A DNA stretch of 64,000 nucleotides from Nitrospirales bacterium (GTDB lineage Bacteria; Nitrospirota; Nitrospiria; Nitrospirales; UBA8639), in the NCBI GenBank assembly GCA_965203295.1, contig CBDBCZ010000015.1:352001-416000 (forward strand). The letters run 5' to 3'. Made by a program: the position numbers and the translations under genes. Positions 39,322-54,365 of this stretch are shown here, piece after piece. How positions within the stretch are numbered: position 1 is the stretch's first letter; every line of letters starts with the position of its first letter. The notes under the pieces are model-generated. The model was not told where the DNA came from and did not search any database. It was given only the letters and a program-made list of their open reading frames with translations.

Positions 39322-40164
39322 GAAGTGAATAGTGCATTTGGAACAACATCTGAGTTGTAATAAATTTGGACAGGGTGTAACAGCAATCATACTTATTTCG
39401 GAATACGTGATCAGTAGGTTCCTTGTTCATATATGAAGCCATCGAGATGGCAGGTTATGGCCTAGTGTACACTCCACTTTTGTGAGCTCTGCCAGCTGTT
39501 TAAGTAATCTGCCAAGAGAACGGTTTTTCAACACAAGCACTATAGTCATCTTTGCTTCCGAACACTTTAGGACCGTTGCTTTAATATGCTAGGGAGCCTG
39601 TTGGTACTACATGTAGCTGCTAGTCAGATATGTGTAGCTTATACTCTGCACTGATGAGCAGATGTTTTCAGTATATAAGCCCACCATTTACACATGTAGT
39701 AAAGCTACATATAAAGAGCTTGCTCCTGTGGTTTTATTTGATCTACAGTGCTTGAAGCAGGACTTCTAGACAAATTCACAAATGGTTCCAGGTTTGAAGT
39801 CAATGAAACAGATAAGGTTGCTGGTATATAATAATTTTTGTGTGTTTGATCTGCTGTTATTATGGTCTCCACTGTTTTTCCCAAAAACAGCTGGCAGTGG
39901 AGACTGGGAACGAGGGGTAATTACACTTCCAGTAAAGTTGTCTTTAGTAAATATTTTGTACATGTATATATGTATGTTTGGCTACAAAAAATAAATATCG
40001 GATTCTAGTTTCTCATCTACAGTATTTCTGTCGAAATTAGACTCTGTCACACTAAGTTATGCAATGGGTCATATCCGTTTGTGTGAATATACAGCATATC
40101 TATCCGTATATACGTAAGTGAGTAGACATGTCAACTTTCACCATGTGTTAGTCATCTATGATAT

Positions 40165-40219
40165 TAGCCTCGTTCCCCTTCACTCAAAGGGCCCTTTACG
40201 AGGCCAGGGTACGAGGCTA
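40165..40219. mobile_element. TAG...CTA-family mini hairpin
   Basis: TAGCCTCGTTCCC ... GGGTACGAGGCTA. Confidence 0.65.
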
Positions 40220-41740
40220 TATTAAGATATCATCAATGAGGCTGTAATGAGAGAGTGAGAATGTGGTGACTCTCACTCTTTGCTGTGAGCATCCTCACTC
40301 TGTGTGGTTTGCTGCATCAGGGAACTGAGAGCTCCAGTGACTTGCTAGAAGTAGCAATTGTATTCCTTGTACCCAGCCCTCCCTGCATTTCTCACCTGCT
40401 ATTTTTTTGATTGCAGGTGAAAAAGGCTTGGAGTACTGGGTGCGAGTTAATGTTTTCTGTTGCAATCAATTCAAATATCTACCTTAGCTTGCTTATATAT
40501 ATGTTCATGAAGTAATTCTTACTGGGGTCACAAACATCTGTAGGTAATAGTGTGTTCTGGATTACTAGTGGGAGGGAAATTGTAGTATGACTGCCGCTGT
40601 CAGCGATCGATTGGGTACTTCTTGGAGCCTCTGATGATGCTGGCTCCTTTTGCGAAATCTTCTGTTTGTGTCACACTTAGAGGTTAGGCTAACCAGTGGA
40701 CCAGATGATCCATCAGTGAGTACATACATGCTGTACATGTTATACCTCCTCCTCAAACAGCTTGTAATTAAGTATAGTGTCGGGGTCCACACGAGGAACT
40801 GAGAGAAGCTATGAGTCCTCTGGTGTTACCAGAAAGTAACCTGAATCACACTTGAGAGCCTGCATGTATGGCCAGCCTCTCTGCCCGGAATATACATGTG
40901 CCAAGGGCCTCTCATCAGTGGCACACACTTGATTTCTATACCTACGTATACATGTATTTCACAGGTGGACTACTACCGGATGTGTGTCCTACCACTCTTG
41001 AAGAAAATCCTACCAGTTGGTGAAGTTGAGCTGAAGGTACTACTTACATGTACATTAGATATTTATGACTAGTGCATGTCCTGTGAGCTGTTTGGAAGAC
41101 TGTGTATTATTGAACTACTTATGAAGTAGGTGTATATGGTGGGCAAGCAGAGATGCAGGTAATGAATCACTACTTGGGCATGCATGGTGCAATATAGAGT
41201 TTTCATTGACATCATCCGCATGTAGAAACTGTTACCAGGGCGTCATTTTGGTGGGCAGTAAAAGTACATAGCCATACTCATAAACACCGGAAGTTACTCT
41301 CGTACTCGTAGTCTAGATGGCAGATCCACTCAATTTATCCCGCCTGAAACTTCCTCACAGCGATAGTGGAGATACTGAATGCGTAAGTTCCCAGCAGCTC
41401 TTGTTTCTGAGATCACTGTTTGACATGCCAATCTAGTTGTACTTTGAGCAAAAATGGGCATAAACGGAACGTGACACGGATATACTACTGGAGCATGTGG
41501 TCTGTGACGACACGTGAAAACTCTCTATTATGGCAGCAGCCGCAGCTGCATGCTCACTAAAAATGGATAATGATGTGAAAACCAAAATGTGAATAACTTT
41601 CCACTTTTAGTTTGAAGCCTGTTGGTCCAAAAGATCTCATCTTAGAATACATGTACATGTACGTGTATGTGTGATGCTACAAAGAAATTTAAGTACATGC
41701 CTATACTGAAAAAAGCAGAATCCATAAGAAGCAGAAAGAA

Positions 41741-44182
41741 TATAAGATTTTGAAAAACAGAGGTACGCATGTACATACGTATATACCAGTATCCAGTACT
41801 TATTTTTACGTAATTACACCCACAATGAATAATTACCATGAGAATTTACTCTGGTGTAAGGGAAGCATGCTATTATTATTCTCCAATTAACGTTACATGC
41901 AAATACGTAGCAGCCTGTTCACGTACATATTTCATACTAGGAACAGTTGAGTTGTATACATATCTGCTGGCAGCCATCACTACTAGCACACCTAGTGTTG
42001 TATTCAGAGTCAGTGGCTAAATCTGCATTCTTTACACTTATTAAAATAGTTGATTATGCTTCATATCAGTTCTTTCTTAGCTGTATTCTCTTTTTATATC
42101 CACATTTGAATACTCAGGGCAAAGAGTATCAAGACCACAGCGCAGATCAACAAGGACATGTCACAGAAAGCATTGCTGTCAGTCTATCAGCAAGAGATGA
42201 CAAAGTTGAAGCAACAGCCTGAGCACAGGTTCATACTGTTAGTACGATATTACCCACCTCAACAGCTAGAACACATGTACAAACATACTAGCTTTTTGCG
42301 ATAATTGAGATACAGCCTACATCTACATATTGCTTCTATAGGGAGAATACCTTGGGTCATGAAGAAATTGAGAGGCTTGTAAGAGAAAGGGAGGAAGCTC
42401 AAGAGGAAAAAAATGAGAAGGGTGGAATTGAGATAAGTCTGCCTTGCTGAATCTACTGCTGTTGAAACGATTCTCCCAATACCTCTCCTTCATAGGCAGC
42501 AGTTCTGGAGGCCCACCAACAGCTAATGAGTCAAGCTCAAGCTGAGAGAGATGCCTTGTATGGCAAGATAGCAGACCTGGAAAAAGTGGTATGTAAAAGC
42601 CATTTGTGAATGATGTATGTAGAGAAGTAACATACGTATGTGTGATATGTACATATGCATGTTTTTGCTAAATTACAGCTGATCATGTTAGATGTATACG
42701 TATACTACCCGCAACCAGCTGCAGAGTTTTCACGAACCATTTACTAGCCTGGTAGACTAATTGAGTCAACTCTTACCCATGCAGTTTGGATGCAGAATAA
42801 TATAGCAATTGTCTTCTTAAATTTTCAGCTTCTTCATGGTGGCAGCTAGTAGAGACATTAGTGAGTCTGAAGTGTTCCAAAAAGCTGTCCAAATGGTGAG
42901 ACTTGTCAATGATTATATTGCATTTGAACTTATTTCCCTTTCCTTTGCTGCTACTAGGCAAAAGATCGGATTAGACATGAATCTGAGTCATAGTTAGAGC
43001 GCAGTCTTGCTGAATTGGAAGCTGAAAAGAAAAGGTTATCTTACATTGTACTGTTACCCAAATACCTTGCAAATCTGTACATACAGGGGATGATCATATT
43101 TCGCAGGGCCTGAGATTGTTCTTGACATTAACATTATAAAGCTTTCCACTGAAAATCTTTGTAAAGGTTCAACCCCACCACTTGCTATGTACATACATAG
43201 CACATGAAAGATTGATATAATCATGAGTTGTCATTAATTGCACATGCACTAAACTAGTCTATCCCAAGAATTATATGATAAATACCTACAACAACTCCAT
43301 TAATAACCAGTAGCACTTAAATTTATGTATCGTAGTATAATAGAGAATGTGGAGCAGATTACAATACAATCACACATCACTCTACATATTTCACTGTACA
43401 TTCACAAAGGCTGCAAGATGAGTGTGGAGAGGTGGAGAAAGAGAGGGAGAACTTTACCAAGCTAAGGGAAGAATTGCGGCCTGGAGATCGACAGAAGGTG
43501 GAGTGCATGGTGCAGACTCACAATACTAAATCAACTGACTAAACTAGAGCTGGCATGGGCCAAAGAAATTGGGTACAATTTATTTTGCGGCCAGCATACC
43601 CAGGTGAAAAAAGACTTTCACCACAATAAATCTTATAGTAAAGGAAAAACATATGGAGGGATGGAAAAAGACCATTTCGACCAACTATTAAGTTAATAAC
43701 AGCACAGTTCTTATGTACAGATGATAAATAAACGGTAACCTTTTGCTCATACTAAAATCACAAACCTTACAATTTGAGTCCAGCCCTTGGCTTTGACTCC
43801 GCAGATACAAGCCCTTCTCAGGTAGCACAAGCCCTCAACAAGTACAGATCACGACAGCAAGGTAACTATTACACATATAGAACTACCATGAACTATGGAA
43901 ATTTTTGGTCAGCTTTGCCAGCAGCTGTGATATTGCTACCAGCTGTACTACTTTAAAGCTCCCGCTGCAGCACTCTGGTAACCAATCACAGCCTAACCAA
44001 CATGGCTAGCACCAGCACTGGAACGACTACAATGCCTAACATGTGAACACACCATTCATTGCATTCAAATGATAGAAAATACAATGATACCGGTATATAT
44101 TGTCGAAGTATGATAGCATTATCTGTATACGTGTACCGTCATAACTACTGTTGCATTGTATGTGTAGGCACATACTCAGACT
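41741..44182 (-). repeat. Segmental module F, inverted copy (contains kinesin fragment copy 3 on +, neck exon 42118-42228)
   Basis: Reverse complement of 23025-25128 and 33130-34750. Confidence 0.88.
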
Positions 44183-44189
44183 CTATGGG

Positions 44190-47100
44190 TATAGCTTCAT
44201 TACAAATTTCAGAGGATTTACTGGAGCATTTTGGGCTGTCTATTCTTCAACCATCACAGCTTCATGTTACTGCTATCTATGGTACGTTACATGAAAATAC
44301 AATGTATCATATGTACATTGATGTTTGCATGATGAAGGTTGCATTGAGAGAGGGTTATTTTATATGAAACATGCCACGCACGAACGGTAAGCACTAAGTA
44401 GAGTAATGAAGTACACATAACTCTCTCCCAGCTATGGGGTACACATACATACGTATGCGCCCGTATAATATAGGGGAAAGTATGTACTGTATATATCTTG
44501 ACATCTAATATATAAAATGCATCAACATTGTCATTGAAATGTTAAGCTTCTGTGTAGACATCAAGCACGCTGTGTATGCCAGGCAGTTTTGCGCGATGAA
44601 CCTATATTATAATAGCCCCATACCTGCATGCTGGATTGCAGCTATGTAATTTACCTGAGTCTCTAACGTGCAGCAGGTCATCTACATCAAGTAGTTAATC
44701 CTTTTAAATTTGGTCCACCTGGAGCCAGATTTCGGAACAAGAACATATGCCTGTATCAACCTCTTTAGAAAATACCATAATAACACTCTTTTTATGTTAG
44801 ATTTCAACCTCCATTTATTACAAAACCCCTGTACTACATTAATCAATGTTTGTAAGTCCTCAGCATTAGGAGTTAAACCTACAAAATCATTGGCAAACAT
44901 TAGACCCCCAACCTGAACATCCTTCTTAATATTAATGCCAATCACAGCCTTCTCAACCTCATCTAACAACTGATTAATAGAGTTAAATAAGATAGGTGAC
45001 ATACTACAAATCTGTGCCACCCCCTGACCTATATCAGATATTTCTCTCTTCAGTAAAACAGCACTCTGTGTGATCATGTCAACTCTGTCAAGTACTTCTG
45101 AACATTTAAAAAAAAAAAAGCTTAAGTGTTCCTCATTCTACCTGGTATGATTTCATTGAGAGCAAAGATGCCATCAACATGACTCATTTTCTCTCTAAAT
45201 CTTCATAAAGAGCTCTTTCTTATTCTAATGTGATTACTATGCGATTGTTTAGAACAATTTTCCTCCCACATTCAATAATGTAATGCCTCTGTAATTACCC
45301 GGGCCCTCAGTATCACCTTTCTTATACAAGCTAAAAATTAACACTTGTCCTCTTTGTTTTGGAACAGTCTCCACTGTACAAACTACTTCAGATTAGACTT
45401 TCAACAGACTAATGACAAGCCAATCATTACCTCCTGCATTATTATTCTTTAAGGTTTTAGTTAAATTTCTGCAAAACTAATTCCACTGTCCAAAACCTTA
45501 ACCTTCCGTAATTGAGACATTTCACTATACTCTGTCACTTTCTGCCCTACATGCTCTTTCCAGCTAGCATCAAACTGAACATCTGCAGATGCTGTAGACA
45601 GTCTTTCATAATGCTCACATAATACTCCCTTGGTACTGGTTACACATGAACCCTCAAATAAGCAATATACCCTTACGACTACCCTTTGAAGATCCTGCCA
45701 ACAAATGCCCAAGAACTCTTTCCTGTTTTCATGAAAATCTTTATTAGCCTTTTCAATCACTTCATTTCAACTATCTATACCAATTCCTTGATTTCCGAAC
45801 ATAGTTTGTAACACTCTCCCCATTTATCTTCCCTGCTAATACTAATCTCCTTGTAAACCAGTCTCCTTATCATAATCTTCTCCTTAATCTCCCCGTTCCA
45901 CCACCTCACCGCTTTGCCACACATTATCGCCTTTTCTCCGATTTCCCTACCATCACAGATAAGCAGTAATTAATGCAACTGTTAGCTATGTCCTGTCTCT
46001 GGCACACTTTTATGTAATGCATACCTAACTTTTAAACTGTATGTTTGTGGGGGGGGGGAATCAAAAGTAGATAACTAGACTAAGTCTTTGTCGTCTTGAA
46101 GATGCAAGACTGTCATTATTTTCAGTATAAGTCCATAAAGACCAGTGTTTCCTTTGAAAATACTGCTGCACAGCTTTGAAGGAAAGTTAAAAATACATAT
46201 AAAATTGGTTTTGTACATTTCATTGATTGGATAAAGTAATAGTACATCTGTGTAGTTTGAGCAGTGGTTGAAAGTTTTGTTCCCTTGGTTCAATAGTTGT
46301 TGGGTTCATGGTTCGAAAATCAGGCTCTATCTGCACAAATTCTATTGCTGGTTAGGCCACACGTTTCTGAACATATTTCAAAGAGGAGTAAAGGCATGAA
46401 TGGCTGCAGTCATGTACAGATAGAGAGCAGGACCAATAAGGATTTACTACTTATGTACCTCTGAGTCATTGTGTTAAGCAAGCATAAAAGTCTCTGGAAT
46501 GAACAGTGACTATGGTGACAGCTAGTGTATTAGGTCTCTGCGATATGTGGCATACATATAGAGCTTGTAATAGAGTCTTGAGCTGATCCGATTCACTTGG
46601 TAGAGACAATGATGGCCAAGTGTTCATGTTATTCTTCGTAACATCACCGGCTTCATACACTGTTTTACCACCCAGGGTAGGAAGCCAGAAGGCAAAGTTA
46701 CGTCAGAAAAATACCAGGCTGTACAAAAAGAGAGTAAGTCACAGTGTTACTGCATGAGCCTGTCAGTATAGTACTTTCAAAAACAATAATCATCGATCCT
46801 GCTAATACTGCATAAGTTGTTTTATACATACTGAGCTCTGGCATTCAGATTCTACAAATAGGCTATGCATACGTATTAGAGTGTACTAGTCAGATTTGTA
46901 CCGAGGCGTTATTGGCTCTATGATAGTGTTTCTGTAACTGCATCTACAAAGGTGATTACAATGTCATGTTGACTATTGTATAATGTTTATACTGCCGTGC
47001 AGGTAGTGAGCTCACACACATCACAAGCAGTGGCTGGAGCTCAACAGTATCCGAGCACCCAAATGAAAATTTACAAGCTCTACCAGAGAGTGCATCAGTG

Positions 47101-48231
47101 GTGATTTCAAATGCAGATACCTTGGACAACAGCATAAAGATTGATTTAGAAGCAGGAAGTCAAGATTCAAGTGGACGAGACTTTCTCTTCGTGACTATTT
47201 ACATGTGATGAAGCTGTCGTCACACGTTGAACCGTTCTTTTTTTATTTCATGTGAGTATGCCTCATTTGTGCTGCATATACTTGCATGACATTGTAGAAG
47301 TCTTATTTCAGATTTTGTACAATGTTTATCCTGCATGCTATTGCTGATAATTATTGTAACAGTATTATTATTTTATTACTCCTTTTGGGGCGAGCGTGAA
47401 TTACTATTTTTTTTTGTATCACTCCTTTTATGGCGAGTTTTTATTTATTTTTTTATACTATATACTCTTTTTGGGACGAGCGTGATTATTTCTTTTGTAT
47501 TACTACATGTAGTAATTTCCCTTTACGAGCGCGAGCGAGCCCCCCCGTCCGTGCGCATGGACTATTCCGTAAAAACGTTAGCATGCCTATTTCAAATACT
47601 GTTGTCACGCGTTTCAACTGCTTTACTCTTATAATCCTCTGTAACATGAGCGTGCACTCTGGAGAGAGAGAATGAGTGACTTGTGTAGACAGCGGACACT
47701 GGAACGGCGCAGACAGCGCTACAAAGGAGTGCGGCCGAAACCCCTGTGGAGAAGGACAGAAGGCTACAGAACGAGCGAGCACGGTGAAGGCGGAGACTGT
47801 TGGGTGAGTCGGCTGAACGCGGCTAAGGAGGCCAACGATCGAACGAACGCTTACATGTACGCAGGCGAGAACGCAAGGCAGCAGCGCAAGGGCAGAGAAT
47901 GATGAAGTCCCGCGATGCCATGAACTTTGAGGAGAAGATGGCATGTCTCCTGTGCAGAGTAGTCCCTCTCTGCAGTCGTGTTTATCAGGAGCTTCTGAAC
48001 TGCCTTCAGCGACTTGTCATCATCATTCACAACAGCAGCATACACATCCTGTGACCGTGGCTCGCATAAATTGGTGGCCGCTAACTGGTGTCGAGGTTGC
48101 AGCTGTTCTGTCACTAGACACGTTTTTAGCTTGCCTTGTCTGCAAGTCTCAAATCACCCCCACAACTGAACGGCTGGGTAGATGTGCAAAGTGCGATGCT
48201 CTTCAAGCACTTAAACACTGTAAGAAACAGT
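44190..48231 (-). repeat. Segmental module A+C, inverted copy (LINE relic ~44745-45925 minus; Helentron-like 47383-48260 plus)
   Basis: Reverse complement of ~12098-16176. ORFs 45461-45760 and 46075-46293 duplicate 14606-14905 and 14065-14277. Confidence 0.9.
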
Positions 48232-48871
48232 GGAGTGCTAAGCTCACCTTTCTTTCATAACACTCAATGTTTTTGGCACCTCCAAAATCATCGATTCCGA
48301 TCTGTGAAGGCCTTTTCCTTGACTCTTTTTGGTAATGGTTGCTGCCTTGTGCTCTTTATTACATGGAAGAAATAGGTTTACATGATGCTATAGATACATA
48401 TGATATGCATACTTAGCAACCACAGTTAGTTGCACGAGGCAATAACTGTTACACTATGTTAGAGCAGTTGTGATAGAGACCCCCACCAAACATTGTCAGG
48501 GCATAGATAGTCGAGTAGAAGGACAGGGATTGGAAACTCAAGTAACACATATTGCACATTTTGTACTATTTGTATACTACAATTCTACTCTACTATCTAT
48601 GGTCAGGGAGTCTAATTTACAGCGCAAGACTCTATGTCAAAGACTTTCAATGTCAATGGCTATCACTTAACGTCTAACAGCAAAAAATGTGTCAAAGACT
48701 AGCTACTTTATTTTGTAGGTCTACAGAGGTTTGCACTCGAAAAAATACAAGGCCTAAGCTTACTCTAACGCTACAGATGAAAGGCTCATTACTGAGCAGG
48801 GCAAGCTTTCTGGTTTCTACTCTGCACAGTCTCTTGCAAGCTTTTGCAAACCTCTGTACCGACACGGGAGC

Positions 48872-48952
48872 TAGTTTCGCGAGCCAGACTGTACCCCATT
48901 TTGGGGGTCCCAATATCGCGCGTAGTCTGGCTACGCGAGACTATATCGCGCG
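48872..48952. mobile_element. TAG...CTA-family hairpin with a nested 21-bp unit
   Basis: TAGTTTCGCGAGCCAGACT...AGTCTGGCTACGCGAGACTA. TATCGCGCG is repeated on both sides of 48923-48943. Confidence 0.6.
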
Positions 48953-49242
48953 TACACCTGGGCCAGCTACGTACCCTGGCTGACCAAATTACAGTACAGA
49001 ACGGGTATATATTAGCGAGTACAATCTTACATAGCTTTAATCTCCCGTTGTATGAGTGGCCAGCAAGTTTGAAATTCTCTCTACCCCTCCCTGACGAAGA
49101 TTCCCGACGCTTCAGCGAGGCTTTGTCCATGACGGCGCACAAACGCATTCATTGTGAATGAATGGGGGTGGGGCTGTCTAGACCTGTACCTGTACGCATA
49201 CGCACAGTATTCAGAACTGTGTGGGCGCATAGATATTATCTA

Positions 49243-50534
49243 CGAGGTGAATGCAGACATAGATAATAGAGTATTATCATCTATTATCTATCTCTATTAT
49301 CTATGATGCAGAGCTCTGTGGGGCGAGCGTAAGCGAGTTCATCATGCATAACTGACTTTGATATGATCATCATTATAATATGGAGGGATATAGTTGAGAA
49401 AAACTCAAATGTTAGTGTGGTTTGTACTTAATGCCTGTGAATGCCAGTGAGGCTGTACATCAAAGTAAACGGAGGGGCAGATAGGAGGGAAGTTTCAGTG
49501 ACGACTTCATCTTGCATGTGCATGCAATGTCGACAAATTAAGATTGGCTAATACGGTCTGGCGTATCACGAACACAGAATTTCTTCTATGATCTCATGTT
49601 TGGACCCAGGGTAGTTCATTATGTACATACAGTAGGCACAGTGTCACATTGCAGATTGCTTCTGTTACAGTTTTTTCACGCGCTCTTGCTGGCCTTTGCA
49701 TGAACACGATCAGCCAAGTATGATGTGTGGGCTGGATAGCCCCTTCACTGTTTCTTAAAGTGTTTCAGTGCTTGAAGATTATCGCACTTTGCACATCTAC
49801 CCAGCTGTTCAGTTGTGGGGGTGATTTGAGACTTGCAGACAAGGGAAGCTAAGTACGTGCCTAGTGACAGAACAGCTGCAACCTCAATAACAATTAGCGG
49901 CCACCAATTTATGCGAGTCACGGTCACAGGATGTGTATGCTGCTGTTGTGACAGGATGTGTATGCTGCTGTTGTGAATGCCTATGACAAGTCGTTGAAGG
50001 CAGTTCAGAAGCTCCTGATAAACACCACTGCAGGGAGGGACTACTCTGCACAGGAGACATGCCACTTTCTCCTTCAGCTACCAATGTTCATGGCATCGCG
50101 GGACTCAGTCATCATCCTCTGCCCTTGCGCTGCTGCCTTGCGTTTTCGCCTGCGTACATGTAAGCGTTCGTTCGATCGTTGGCCTCCTTAGCCGCGTTCA
50201 GCCGACTCACCCAACAGTCTCCGCCTTCGCCGTGCTCGCTCGTTCTGTAGCCTTCTGTCTTCTCACACAGGGGTTTCGGCCGCACTCCTTTCTCTGTATA
50301 GCGCTGTTTGCGCCGTTCCAGTGTCCGCTGTCTACACAAGTCACTCATTCTCTCTCTCTCCAGAGTTCACGCTCATGTTGCAGAAGATTATAAGAATAAA
50401 GCAGTTGAAACGCGTGACAACAGTATTTAAAATAGGCATGCTAACGTTTTTACGGAATAGTCCATGCGCATGCACGGACGCGCACGCACGCACAGGTCTA
50501 CACTAAGGGGGTCTCGCTCACGCTCGCCCCAAAA
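49243..50534 (-). mobile_element. Helentron/Helitron-like element, copy 3
   Basis: Same termini as copy 1, a (GTGC)n-like tract after the 5' hairpin, and KSLKAVQKLLINTTAGRDYSAQETCHFLLQLPMFMASRD. Contains the same 48-bp micro-MITE at 49258-49305. Confidence 0.72.
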
Positions 50535-50540
50535 GGAGTA

Positions 50541-50606
<66 letters not shown>

Positions 50607-51999
50607 TTAATAATAATCAGCGATAGCAGGATAAACATTGTACAAAATCTAAAGTATGATTTCTACAATGTCATGCAAGTATATGTGGCACAAATGAGGC
50701 ATGCTCACATAAATTAATAATAAAGAACACAACCGTTCAACATGTGACGACAGCTTCATCACATGTAAATAGTCACAAAGAGAAAGTCTCGTCCACTTGA
50801 ATCTTGACTTCCTGCTTCTAAATCAATCTCTATGCTATTGTCCACGATATCTGCATTAATTTGAAATCACCACTGATGCACTCTCTGGTAGAGCTTGTAA
50901 ATTTTCATTTGGGTGCTCGGATACTGTCGAGCTCCAGCCACTGCTTGTGATGTGTGTGAGCTCGCTACCTGCACGGCAGTATAAACATTATACTATTATA
51001 GTCAACATGACATTGTAATCACCTTTGTAGATGCAGTTACAGAAACAATATAATAGAACCGTAACGCCTCAGTGCCAATCTGACTACTACACTCCAATAC
51101 GTATGCATAGCCTATTTATAGAATCTGAATGCCATTAAAGTATTAGCAGGATGATTATTGCTTTTGAAAGCACTGACAGGCTCATGCAGTAACACTGTGA
51201 CTTACTCTCTTTTTGTACAGCCTGGTATTTTTCTGACGTAACTTTGCCTTCTGGTTTCCTGCCCTGGGAGGTAAAATAATGTATGAAGCCGGCGATGTTA
51301 TGAAGAATAACATGAACATTTGGACATCATTGTCTCTACCAAGTGAATCGGATCAGCTCAAGGCTCTACCGCAAGCTCTATATGTATGCCACATATCACA
51401 GTGACCTAATGCACTAGCTGTCACCATAGTCACTGTTGATTCCAGAGACTTTTAGGCATGCTTAACACAATGAGGTACATAAGCAGTAAATCCTTATTGG
51501 TCCCGCTCACTATCTGTACATGATTGCAGCCATTCATGCCTTTAATCCTAAGAAATGTGTGGCCTAACCAGTAATAGAATTTGTGATAGAGCCTATTATT
51601 TTCGAACCATGAACCAAACAACTACTGAACCAAGGGAACAAAACCTTCAACCACTGCTCAAACTACACAGATGTATGACTATTACTTTATCCAATCAGTG
51701 GAAATGTACCAAAACATTGTGTGTATATTTTTTACCTGTCCTTTAAAGCTGTGCAGCAGTATTTTCAAAGGAAACACTGATGTACATAGACTTATACTGA
51801 AAATAATGACAGTCTCGCGTCTTCAAGACGACAAAGACTAGTTATCTAGTTTTGATCCCCCCCCCCCCCCCCCCCCCCCCCCACAAACATTCTATTTAAA
51901 AGTTAGGTATGCATTACATACAAGTGTGCCTGAGACAGGACATAGTTGCATTAATTACTGCCTATCTGTGATGGTAGGGAAATTGGAGAAAAGGCGATA

Positions 52000-54365
52000 A
52001 TGTGTGGCAAAGCGGTGAGGTGGTGGGATGGTGAGATTAAGGAGAAGATTATGATAAGGAGACTTTTATAAGTATTGGCAGGGAAGATAAACGGGGAGAG
52101 TGTTACAAACTACATTCGGAAATCAAGGAATTGGTATAGATAGTTGGAATGAGGTGATTGAAAAGGCTAATAAATGAAAACAGGAAAGAATTTTTGGGCA
52201 TTTGTTGGCAGGATCTTTAAAGGGTAGTTGTAAGGGTGTATTGCTTCTTTGAGGAGTACTCCAGGTACATGTGTAACCAGCACTAAGGGAAATTTGAAAG
52301 TATTATGTGAGCATTATGAAAGACTGGGTACAGCATCTGTAGATGATCAGTTTGATGGTACGTAGCTGGAAAGAGCATGTAGAGCAGAAAGTAACAGTGT
52401 AGCGCAAAATGTCTAGATTACGGAAGGTTAAGGTTTTGGACAGGGGAATTGGGTTTGCAGAAATTTAACTAAAACCCTAAAGAATAATAATGCAGGAGGT
52501 AATGATGGGCTAGTTGGGGAGCTTTTTAAGTACGGTGGTGAAGGAGTAGACTAGTTAGTCTGCTGAAAGTCTAATCTGAAGTAGTTTGGACAGTGGAGTG
52601 TGTTCCTAAACAACGAGGACAAGTGTTACTTTTTAGATTGTATAAGAAAGGTGATACTGAGGACCCGGGTAATTACAGAGGCATTACATTTTTGAATGTG
52701 TGAGCAAAATTGTTCTAAACAATCGCATAGTAATCACAATAGAATAAGAAAGCGCTCTTCATGAAGATTTAAAGAGAAAACGAGTCATGTTGATAGCATC
52801 TTTGCTCTCAATGAAATCATACCAGGTAGACTGAGGAACACTCATGCTTCTTTCTTAGATGTTCAGAAGTACTAGTTTGACACAGTTTGACATGATAGCT
52901 AATAGTTTAGGTTATGGGAAATTGGGGAATGAGGCGAGTTATTAAGGATACCACACAGAGTGCTGTTTCACTGGAGGAAGAAATATCTGATATAGGTCAG
53001 GGGGTGGCACAGGGTTGTAGTATGTCGCCTATCTAATTTATTAACCAGTTGTTACATGAGGTTGAGAAGGCTGTTAATATTAAGAAGGATGTTCAGGTTG
53101 GGGGTCCAATGTTTGCCGATGATTTTGTAGGTTTAACTACTAATGCTGAGGACTTACAAACATTGAATAATGTAGTACAGGGGTTTTGTAATAAAATAAT
53201 GGAGGTTGAAATCTAACATAAAAAAAGAGTGCTGTTATGGTATTTTCTAAAGAGATTGATACAGGCACATGTACATGGAAGTGGGAAGATAAAGACATTC
53301 CAGAGGTTGTAATTTACTGTTACTTGGGCATTGAATTTGCAAATATTGGTTCATGGATAGTCATGAACAGAAGGTAATAAATAGTGGAAAGAAAAAATCT
53401 ACATAGGTTTTTGGTAATAGTAATATCAGTACAGTTGCAAGAAGGATAATTAATGTTAGTTCCAGTACTTCACCCTCCTTTAGAATAGGGTAGTAAAGTG
53501 TGGGCTTGTAGTACATGGCAGACAGCTTCCTTGGAATTTATTCAGCTAGGAGCAGCTAAAAATATACTTGGCTGCTCTTCTAAAACGTGTAATGAAGCAG
53601 TATGGGGTTAGAATCTTTTGAAAGGCAGGAGGCATAGGTGCAGACTTAAGTGGTGTTATAAAGTCAGTAATTTGCATGATAAGAAATATCCTAGCTTACT
53701 AGACAGTGAGTGGTAAGAGAAATCGTGCAGAGCTAGGCAAAGGAAGACCTGGAAGAGAGTAGGTAGTAAATTGTTTCTGCAGTCATTAAATCAAGAGAGT
53801 CAGGATATATTCGCTGAAGAGTACAAACTATTGACCGTATCTAAGCTCCCCCCTAAAAATCGTCTAATTCTCTCACAAATATATTTCTAATGGTAGACAC
53901 TCCCAGAGCACATGTACTACACTCCCACATTGCACCCCACATAACTTACACTGCCTCATCACCTAACTCTTTATTCAGACCATAAGTACCTTGAGCCTAA
54001 ATTTAAACATCAATCATGTTCCTGGATCCCCAACCCCTGCAAGTAATTCTATTTTTTTAAAAAAAGACTTGTACAGCCTCAGCTTATCAGTATTTATATC
54101 TTAACACTTCATCTACTCTCTCTAGGAACAAATTTACATTTGAGAGAACAGGCTTTGTTTTAGGGTGTGAGAACTGCGACAGGTATGATTTTAGGGGTGT
54201 ATTAAGAGTAGTTATTGATCAGGGATACTAGGAAGAATAAATTATGTTGTGATCAAAATAATGAAACATCTGTTTGTTCTTGCTCTTGTCCTCGGACTGG
54301 AGATCTTACAACTGTGTATGTGTGTGCGTGGTCAATGGCATATGCGCTACAACAGCGACACAAGT
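52000..54365 (+). mobile_element. CR1/L2-group-like LINE relic, longest copy
   Basis: KKGDTEDPGNYRGITFLNV, MFADDFVGL and YCYLGIEF motifs. The 3' end resembles ~60030-60076. Confidence 0.85.

Larger units (their letters stand above)
38711..41036 (+). pseudogene. RCL1: RCL1 5' half, degenerate: exon 1 38711-38846, exon 2 39749-39811, exon 3 remnant ~40505-40539, exon 4 40965-41036
   Basis: Exon 1 FEGCTYFRQRLVLSTLSSRPMRIARVRGDADEPGLR; exon 2 LLDKFTNGSRFEVNET with donor mutated to AT; exon 3 remnant VILTGVTN; exon 4 VDYYRMCVLPLLKKILPVGEVELK. These match RCL1 motifs in order. Confidence 0.88.
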
